This document shows positions 54,861-64,000 of a DNA stretch of 64,000 nt, one piece after another (within the stretch, counting starts at the first letter, position 1; every line of letters begins with the position of its first letter). The position numbers and the translations under genes were made by a program. Below the pieces are notes generated by a model. It was not told the origin of the DNA. It saw nothing but the letters and a program-made list of their open reading frames with translations, and ran no database searches. This DNA is from Octopus vulgaris (taxonomy: Eukaryota). The stretch spans positions 110,236,001 to 110,300,000 of the forward strand of contig OX597815.1 of the NCBI GenBank assembly GCA_951406725.2, read 5' to 3'.

Positions 54861-56103
54861 TTTAACATGGCACCTTCCACAGTAGAAGTTTGGATAACGC
54901 TTCTACACTGGTGGCTGCCTTGATGAATGTAAATAGAAAATGAGTTCCCAAATTTAATAAAACAAACAAAAAAAAAAAATGACTATGAAGAAAAGAATTT
55001 CGAATCTGAAAAATATTTGAAGAAAGTTCCTTGAGAAATATCGAATACAACATCTTCAGATCCATGAACAATACCACCTTGATCGTTAGCGTTACAATTT
55101 GTAACATTATGAATAATTACACTGGTGTTGGAATCTTTAACGATTTGGTAGAGCTGACGACAACGACGACAACGAAAAGAACAACAATATTACAGGAAAG
55201 TAGAAGGGTGCGCAGATGTTATCTCTTTCTTATGTAAAGTCTTAGCACGTATACAGTGGATTTTCATAAAAGCAATGAATTAATTTTATGCCAAATTGAA
55301 CAGTCGCTCAAACAGGTTCAGCTCTTCGAAATGGTGCCTTCGGAGAAAATCGTTGCTTTCGGTTACGTATGGAAAGATTCTTCACCAGGTTTTTGTGAGT
55401 ATTTCAGTTCCATCAACTGAAGTAATATAGATATTTTTGCAATGGATCGTTTTGCAAACTGCAGTTAGTTTACAAGGCAGGAGTGTGGAAATGAATGCCT
55501 TTCTGTAATCAAGCCATTCTGCTTATATATTTACGTGCATGTGTGTGTTTTCTTTTAAGTTGATATTAACTTTACAAAATAGCTCTCTAGTTTCATCGAC
55601 AGGCCTTCCGAGATAGCGAATTACTAATTTATTAAATCTCTTATTATAAAAGGCAGATTTTATCTGCCTCCCTTTGGGAGTTATACAAATCTACAATATA
55701 GGATTTCTTCAATTACAATTTACCTAGCATTTTTGAGAGTACAATGCATCGCGTCATGCCAGGTCCAGTTTTTAAATTTTAAACTCCAATTAAGCAAAAT
55801 TTACAGAAAACTCACATTCTGGTGTGTGTGTCAAATGCTTTTCTTAGTCTGGTTTACACCACACGCAAACGCACACACACAGTGGGCAACGAATAAAATG
55901 AAAGTAAATAGCGACAGAGTGATTTGAGGAAGACTAAAGTGAAAGTATTCTGTCTATGACGCTGATAGATACATGAGTAAAATGTATGGGAAGCTAAGAG
56001 CTAAGAGTGAGTGAAAATGTTCTTGGAAGAGAGTAATTAGTAATAAAGTAAACATACACTCATACATACATACATACATACATACATACATACATACATA
56101 CAT

Positions 56104-56134
<31 letters not shown>

Positions 56135-56173
56135 TACACACACACATACATACACACACACATACATACATAC

Positions 56174-56204
<31 letters not shown>

Positions 56205-56439
56205 CATACATACATACATATACATACATACATACACACACACACATACACACACACACAGTATTGAAGCTTGAGAACAATCAGATACATTTGCAACACA
56301 TCTGTTGAAAATATTATTGTTCACACACATACATATACATATATACATACAGACAGACAGACAGATAGACACACACACACACACACACACATGATCCAGC
56401 ATGGCCACAACCTCAAGGCTGAAACATATAAAAGAATAA

Positions 56440-56812
56440 CAGAATATAAATGTGTGCAAAGTACAAGAAATATTAATGCAGTATATGGGGATTGGACAAT
56501 AAGCGTAAGGCAGTGTCAATGGTGGTTCCAGAAATCCCGAGCCATAAACTACAGCCTAGAAGACGAGCCTCATCCTGAAAGATCTGTAGAACTCGACAAG
56601 GACATCCTGAAAACCCTGGTGGAACAAAATATCATCGTAACTGTTGAGGAACTAGCAGAGAAGCTTGGATTTGGTCATTCAACCATTCATTGACACCTGT
56701 GTGCTATCGGAAAAGTCAGCAAATTGGGTCAATGGGTTCCTCACGAACTTTCCGAGTCTAATTGCATGCAGAGAGTGAATGTATGCTTTTCTTTGCTGTC
56801 ATATCTCACCAC
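56440..56812 (+). mobile_element. Mariner transposase fragment (second family)
   Basis: STRNINAVYG..SVRQCQWWFQK..SLEDEP..TVEELAEKLG..STIH*HLCAIGKVSKLGQWVPHEL. Confidence 0.88.
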
Positions 56813-56828
56813 TACTGCGCTATGTATA

Positions 56829-57466
56829 TCTATATATATAAAACTGTAGTTGTGTGAGTGTCTGTCCCCTTCGATTTAGATTCCTAACTACTCCCACATT
56901 TTGCGGTACAGTTTAACCAAATTCGGGTAGCTTATAGTCGTGATTCATATCGAGCCCGTCTGAATATTAGCGCGCGTCTACGATGAGTCTACGATTTTAA
57001 AAATAATTTAACATCATTTTTTATTCCATTTTAATGCATAATTTTTCGTGTGTCGATGGCGGCGGAGTTGGCGTCCACGCTCACACCTGCACCTGTGGGG
57101 AAGGGAGTGTAAGGAAATCAACGTCGTAATGCGTTGTCAAGGAGACCAGTGTTCTTTTAGAACAACGACTTCATGGCTTGAAGACACCAAAACAGAAATG
57201 GCTAAGAAAGCGTCTACATGAGTCTACGATTTAAAAAAAAATTTACCATCGTTTTTTTTCCATTTTAATGCATTTTTTCGCTATTATATAAGGGAAGTAA
57301 CTCTCTAAAAATGTCTACGATGAGTCAACGATTTAAAAAAAAAATTTACCATCATATTTTTTCCATTTTTAATGCATTTTTTGCTATTTTTTGGCTATAA
57401 CTCTCTAAAAATGCTTATATAGTTATTTCCCTTACAAACCCGAGCAACGCCGGGCGATACTGCTAG
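56829..57466 (+). mobile_element. Non-autonomous Helitron-like element
   Basis: A|TC start, subterminal hairpin CCCG(agcaacgc)CGGG, CTAG|T end; internal tandem subrepeats GTCTACGA..TTTAAAAAAA..TTTACCATC. Confidence 0.8.
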
Positions 57467-57489
57467 TATATATATATATAAGATATGAC

Positions 57490-57787
57490 CATGAAATTGC
57501 ACCTAGAAAATTCCCTTCCTAGGTACAAGTCCGGAAAGGTTCTTTTTACGGAAGGGCAGTAATCGTCCATACATTCCAGTCCTCCTTCTTCACGCAATTG
57601 ATGTTATCCAAGGGAAAGGCAAAGACCAATACAGCTTGGCACCCGTGACGTCGCAACTCAACTCTACAGCTGAGTGAACTGGAGCAAAATAGGGTGTTTT
57701 ATTCAAAATGACAACACAAGAAGACAATCCGTCAGTCGAACACCTAACTGTAAGTCTGATGCTTCTAACCGCTGAGCGATGCGCCTT
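57490..57787 (-). mobile_element. Old tRNA-derived SINE (family D)
   Basis: Minus head AAGGCGCATCGCTCAGCGGTTAG..GTGTTCGACT; central GCTCCAGTTCACTCAGCTG. Confidence 0.6.
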
Positions 57788-57872
57788 GTAACTAGGAGGG
57801 GAACTTTCTGTGTATAATTCCATGGTCAATTGTGGTCGAAGGGGATCCATATTTACACACACAAACGCACAC

Positions 57873-57903
<31 letters not shown>

Positions 57904-57929
57904 TGTATGTATGTATGTATGTATTATAC

Positions 57930-57960
<31 letters not shown>

Positions 57961-58029
57961 GAAATGAGGTATGTATATATATATATATATATGTATACAT
58001 ACATACATACATATGTATGTATGTATATA

Positions 58030-58414
58030 TCTCTCTCTATATAAACGGCAGTTTGTCTGTGCGTGTTTCTGTGTGTCTGTTTGCTTGTACCCTCACCCTG
58101 ACCACAGCTTTCAACCGATTCTGATGAAACTTGACACACACATAGCCCAATGTCATAATTCAAAACTAACGCAGCGAAAATTTTGAAAAGTTCCCCCAGT
58201 TCTGAAAAAAATCGATAAATTCGACATGGGGTCGAGAATCAGGAACACAAACCACAAACTGTGTAGGGGACGTAACTCCACCTTTTTTAACTATCAAAAA
58301 AAAATTTACCATAATTTTTTTTCCATTTTTTTGCTGTTTTTTGGCTATAACTCTCTAAAAATGCTTTATAGTTATTTCCCTTACAAACCTGAGCAACGCC
58401 GGGCGATACTGCTA

Positions 58415-58415
<1 letters not shown>
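58030..58415 (+). mobile_element. Second Helitron-like element sharing only its 3' ~120 bp with 56829-57466
   Basis: A|TCTCTCTCTATATAAA start; nearly identical TTTCCCTTACAAACC.GAGCAACGCCGGGCGATACTGCTAG|T end. Confidence 0.8.
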
Positions 58416-58454
<39 letters not shown>

Positions 58455-58459
58455 TATAT

Positions 58460-59260
58460 AAATAATATACAAAATTAGAGAATGGAGAAACATACTTAAA
58501 TCAATAAAACATCAACTATCAGATGATACCCAATCAATACTTTAATACACCATTACATATCAGTAAAGGCATTATACAAAATATACAGTAAGAGTAAATA
58601 GACAAAGAGATATAAGTAAAAAATTTCAAATATAATATGTAATTAAATCAAATCTGACAGCTGTTTCAGCAATGAGGGCAGTCATACCTCATTTAACCTA
58701 TAAGCCATAAAGGCAGGTATAAATGAGGCATTAACAAGGATGCCCCACGGCCTCTTCAGAGAATTAAATTAAATTTGTTATAATTGTGAAAAATATTATT
58801 TAACCATATACATATAAATATAAAATATAAAAATATAAAAATATAAAAATGTAAAATATAAAAACTTATACATCATAATGCTACACTCATATAATATAAT
58901 ACTCAATTGGTACAATAATGGAAGGTAAACAGAACAAAATAAAACAAAATATATATCAGTGTATATATTAATATTAATAAGCACCGATATTATACATATT
59001 TGGCTAATAGTTTTTAAAAAAAAACTAACACATAGGGAGATGAAAAATAATAATTAAAACCATGGTTCAGTTCATAAAATTATAAAGCTATAAAAGTTAA
59101 TAAAAATTACTATTAATATTTAGCCAAATATGTATAATATCGGTGCTTATTAATATTAATATATACACTGATATATATTTTACCAATTGAGTATTATATT
59201 ATATAAGTGTAGCATTATGATGTATAAGTTTTTATATTTTACATTTTTATATTTTTATAT
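58460..59260 (-). mobile_element. Penelope/retrozyme-like element with an HHR and a 5' inverted duplication (58833-59007 vs 59120-59260)
   Basis: Homologous to 7473-7715; starts in (TA)n; near-identical inverted arms, the right one lacking about 34 bp. Confidence 0.7.
58650..58765 (-). ncRNA. Hammerhead ribozyme motif with a greatly extended helix II
   Basis: aauUCU-CUGAAGA-GGC..(about 90 nt foldback)..GCU-GAAAC-AGCU-GUC-AGAuuu; canonical core, GUC site, palindromic ACAGCUGU helix III. Confidence 0.7.
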
Positions 59261-59599
59261 AAAATTTTGATCAACAGGAATCGTGGTGAAAAAAAAAGGC
59301 CAATCAATAGAGATCGTGTATCACAGAAATGTCAATGTAAAAAGGGAAAATAGATTAGGTTTATCCGTGTAAAGAAAAGCTTACGGAAAAGACTACGGTA
59401 CCCTTGAGTAATAATATCATGCAAAAAAAAACCATTACAGTAAGTGACTCTCTTTTTTTCCTATTTTTTGTTTCTTAGGATTATGCTCAAGCCGGCTCCG
59501 TCATTCACACGTGTCATCCTTGCTGCATTCACCCATCTTTTTATGAAACATTCACTAGACAAAACTTCCCCCTCTACTCTCACCTTCCTCTTCAAGTGA

Positions 59600-60169
59600 T
59601 GCATATATGGGTGCAGGACATCACCAACTGTGTAAACAGCAAAAGATACGGAAACAAATGAGTTAAATACGCAAAGAAAAATAGAAAACAGAACAAGTAA
59701 ACCCAGAGAACGACTCTTCATCAGTTGTCGGCTGTCTATCTACTCCTCATTTCAAGTATTCAACGACAATATGAGTCTTCAAAGACAGTCATTCCCAGAA
59801 ATTCTAAAATAAACTTTAAGATTTATGGAGGGTTAAAGTTGCGAACAAAAACAAGACGGTGGAGACATAAAAGGAAACCGAACTAAAACAAACATGGGTG
59901 ATCGTTAGACCACAACGAGAGGAAAATAGTGAACGCTGGGAGAATTATTCTCTTTGAAAAGAGACAAGATAGAAGATAAAGAAGACTCATATTGTCGTTG
60001 AATGCTCGAAATGAGGAGCAGATAGACAGCCGACAACTGATGAAGGGTCGTGGTCTCTGTTTACTTGTCCTGTTTTTCAATTTTCCTCTCGTTCTTTGTG
60101 TATTTAACTCGTTTGTTTTCGTATTTCTTGTTGTTTACACATTTGATGACGTCCTCCACCCATATATGC
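59600..60169. mobile_element. Long inverted-repeat element (arms 59600-59780 and 59981-60169, spacer about 200 bp)
   Basis: Arms are diverged reverse complements, each with GACAGCCGACAACTGATGAAG. Confidence 0.8.
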
Positions 60170-60785
60170 AAATATATATATTATTTATATTATATTTATT
60201 TAATTGAACGCCATGCGCTATATATACATATGTTCTTTTCTTGGCCTGCTATCGTTCACCTGACTGTCCGACGCAAATGTATGCATCATGCATATATGTA
60301 CATAAAATATAGGAAGTTCAGTTTTATTCACAGACAAAATATGTGCTTGTGTGTGTACATGATAAAGTTGTCCTTCACTAGCGAGTATACTTTAGTAGCA
60401 CGCACTATGTTTTCTCTAAATTTTGCTATGCTCACAGACACAAATACCTTGTCAACCATATATTTGACACTGCAGTTTATCGAATAACTCATACGTGGAT
60501 GGAGAGAAGGCTGAGCCAACACAAGCTTGGTATTCATTTTTTCCTCTGTTTAATAGACTGAAGCAACGTGAAATGAGGTACCTTGTGCTCTTGCACATAT
60601 GTAGTCGGAAAGTGTCGTTGAGGAAGTCACAGATGTCTGACGAAAGATTTCCGGACAATGACCTGAGTTACAATAAACGAGTGAAGAACGAATATATAGT
60701 GCGTGTGTGAATTTGGCAAAAATAATAAAATGACCGTCCCGAAATACAATATATACAAACATATATACATATATATATATCTTTA

Positions 60786-60830
<45 letters not shown>

Positions 60831-61186
60831 TTTATCTTTTACTTGTTTCAATCATTAGACTGGGGCCATGCTTGGGGCTGCACGCGCGCGCGCACATTAA
60901 TGCATACAAGGAGAGAGAGGGAATGTGTACTAAACATTTTACAAAGGAGGAAATCCAGGGAAAGGAGCTTGAGGGTTGGCGCGTAAATCGTTCAATCTGT
61001 CAAGCAGGTAACCCTGTTACTATATATAAGTCATAACGAATTAACCAACATCTTCTTCATTCTTCTGATTAACCTAATAAACCGCCTAATCTAGCTTCTA
61101 GATTCGTACCAAATCGCGCAATATCTGTCTTTCTTCTTATTCACCTATTTCTGCCATCCCTGTACCACATGTATATGTGTGGGGAG

Positions 61187-61278
<92 letters not shown>

Positions 61279-62214
61279 CACTTGTACGTGTATTATATGT
61301 GTGTATATGCATGCACGTCTATGAGTGACTTTATAAATGTATATCAAAACTATTTTCAGAGGAGCCGGGTACTCAGACAAGAAAGACAGCCAGTGAAGCT
61401 GAAGTTGATCCCTTCGCTTTTATCTCCCTAATACAGTCGGATTATCTATAAGTATTAACCTACTAACATTATTTTGACTATTTCTAATTAACCCAGTTTT
61501 CCTCTTTGTTTGGTGTTTTGTTGTTATATATTTATATACTTACTGAGATCCCTAAATTTGGGGGCGTTCTTTTGTTATTTTCTACACTTCTTTTATCATT
61601 CTAGCTTCTTTTTTTTTTCTTTCCTCCCCCCACTCTTCCGTTCTTTTATTTCGTTAATTAGCCAAAGAATTGTGTCTGTCGACATTATTACTGTGAACGA
61701 TTAATAGAAAATAAATAAATAAAAAAATATCTAACAGTGCATAGAGATTGTAATTGTTGTTGTTTAGTGCCAGATCAATCCTGATCGAGATCACTTACAA
61801 GTACAATATTTCGTGTCTGACAATCTCAGGGATTTTTTTTCAACATCTTACTCTTTATTAACTAACGTATCTGACTATTTTCATGATAGCGTATGGTTTG
61901 AGTGAGATTTAGTTGCTTTCCCTATGATTGTTAAACGTCCACACAGGTCCAACTTTGTAGTTCTTTTTGTAGATATTTTGTCCCATATCAAGTTTGATCA
62001 ATCACTCTTACGATCTAAGGCATTTTAGTCGGCACCATCACGGTGTCAAATGCATGTCAAGAACTGTATTATCACTTGATGTGTCGTTCCATTTTTCTAA
62101 GAATGCAGTGTTTGATTTTAGTTGAATGATAGATGTAAACACCGATTTGTTAGATCGGAAGCTGTTTTTCTCCGTTTTTGTTTAGACTCAATAAAACCTT
62201 GACAGATGTTCCCA

Positions 62215-62460
62215 TCATAGCCACACCATAGCGGTTTCGATTCCCAGACCGGGCGTTGTGTGTGTTTACTGAGCGAAAACACCTAAAGCTCCACGAGGCT
62301 CTAGCAGGGGGTGGTGGCAACCCCTGTTGTACTCTTTCGCCCCAACATTCTCTCACTCTTCCTGTTTCTAGCTGGGGGGAACACACACGCCACAGAAACC
62401 GGGAAACCGGGCCCATGAGGCTGGCTAGGCTTGAAAAGGGCACATAAATAAATAAATAAA
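62215..62460 (+). mobile_element. SINE-like element family C with (TAAA)n tail
   Basis: B-box-like GGTTTCGATTCCC; body shared with 1-90; ends GGGCACA(TAAA)n. Confidence 0.65.
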
Positions 62461-63201
62461 TTAATTAATTAATCAACTATCAAGCTGTAGTTGACTAAAA
62501 TCTTCGAATATTTCAACTAATATATATAATTGAGATGAAAACATTTTTAAAGACATCTGACCTAGTGTTTAAATAGTTAGAAGTTGGTTGAGATATTTGA
62601 CTCTTAAGTTCTTATCAGTAGTGCAGTCTGTATGATTTCTGTGTAGCTTACATACTTCGATGTTTTACCACATTATGTCGCATGTAGGACTTCATAATCC
62701 CACAGTCTATACTAATATTGCTTTGTAACATTTCTCTTTTCCATGTCCCTGAAGGAATAAGTGTGAATGAAGTAGCAATCTTTGAAATTTCTACCATAAC
62801 AGAATAGTGCTTGCATAATGTTTAGGTATGGTTGATGAAGTGACCTCTGCACGTGGAGTCCATTTGAATGCAGTTGTATTACGGTGCTCTTCTGGTAGCC
62901 GAAATATATGACCTGTTAGTTTTAATCTTCACTTTGTTTTGATTTCACAAAGTCGTCTTGTGCTGGCTGTCTTTAGAATGCCTTTATTGGTTAACATTAC
63001 GGCCGTTTCGTAGTCTTTTCCCGTAACAATAATTTCAGTATATAACAAATTATGCTTACATGTCTGCATTAATATGCATGCTACACGTTATACAATACAA
63101 ATCTGTATTCACAAATCAATACAAGGAAAGCAAGATAGCTCATCAACCACACGATCACAAAAGTCTATAAATCCATACCTTACACAATATATATATATAT
63201 A

Positions 63202-63416
63202 ATTAATCCAAACATGAAAACACAAAGAGAAAACACAACAACGTGAAGACGTGGAACAAGTGTAGTGTTATTGGACGCTCAGGAAAGGAAAGAAAGAAGG
63301 GGGATTTAACGTTTCGAGTGGAGCTCTTCGCCAGAAACATAGGAAAAGGAAAGATCCAAGGAAGGGAAGACGGAGGAAAAAAATCGCCTACGATACACAT
63401 GTGGTCACGTTTTGAA
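63202..63416 (-). mobile_element. (TA)n-embedded short element with a near-canonical hammerhead motif (63304-63338)
   Basis: GUUU-CUGGCGA-A-GAG(cucca)CUC-GAAAC-GU-U-AAAU: one core substitution (A6G); helices I and II pair. Confidence 0.6.
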
Positions 63417-63599
63417 TATATATATATATATAACAAAGTGAAGTTGCAAGTGGAAATATATGTGGATGACTAGCCAACCGATTGCTAGCCTCTTCGTGGT
63501 CAGCAGCCGTTGCGGCAAGACACATTTTTTTCTCTCTATAGCCCTAAGGCTTTTTTCTGACGCCAGCTCAAAAATTTACTCGTCCTGTCGAAAAGACGC

Positions 63600-63992
63600 T
63601 TGTTTGTGACGTCCTATTTTTGTTGTTATTATTATTATCATTATTGTTTTTACGTATTTATGTATTCTTATTCGTGTTATCATTATTGTTTTTACGTATT
63701 TTTGTATTTTTATTCGTGTAACATCGTCCGGTTTTCCGTCCTTGTTTTGTATACATTCAAGGCTTTCTTCCAAGGAGTCTAATGCGCTTGGCTTAGATTT
63801 TCCTTTGGGGCTGGCCAGATCGGATCAATCTCAAGATTAATCAGCCGAAATTGCGAAGATGATCCGGCTCTTGACTGAAGATTGAAGGCTTCGAATGTCC
63901 CGTCCATGTTTTTTGTATCGTTTTCTAAATGTTTTACGTTCTTGTCCCAGTTTGTATTTTTTTACATTTACATTTACATTTTTACATTTACA
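63600..63992. mobile_element. Unclassified repeat homologous to 11140-11495
   Basis: Shared motifs as listed for 10848-11495; runs into TTTACA repeats and (TA)n. Confidence 0.65.
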
Positions 63993-64000
63993 TATATATA

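Noticed and set aside
60630-60700. CTGACGA as a hammerhead core (also at 9388)
   Set aside because: No matching helix II and GAAAC downstream.

Overview
AT-rich, microsatellite-saturated eukaryotic DNA, most likely intergenic or intronic sequence of an octopus-type cephalopod (inferred from the 5S rRNA termini, the SINE families and the microsatellite density). I found no host protein-coding gene; almost all ORFs in the track are microsatellite artefacts or transposon remnants. The window holds one orphan 5S rRNA copy abutting a tRNA-derived SINE; many copies of at least four SINE families; R4/Dong-like restriction-endonuclease LINEs sitting in or abutting (TAA)n arrays, two families of them recent; CR1-like, HERO-like and probable L1/Tx1-ORF1 LINE fragments; mariner/Tc1 remnants, two MITEs and Helitron-like elements. 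The most notable signal is a set of unrelated short non-coding elements, mostly in (TA)n tracts and often arranged as palindromes or inverted repeats, that carry minimal hammerhead-ribozyme (HHR) motifs of the Penelope/retrozyme type. One joins a tRNA-derived Pol III promoter to an intact HHR core (10258-10534), and another has an HHR with a roughly 90-nt helix II arm (58650-58765). A SINE also appears to stack into its own head (33236-33987). All calls come from reading the sequence by eye; no searches or folding programs were run, and most element boundaries are approximate.
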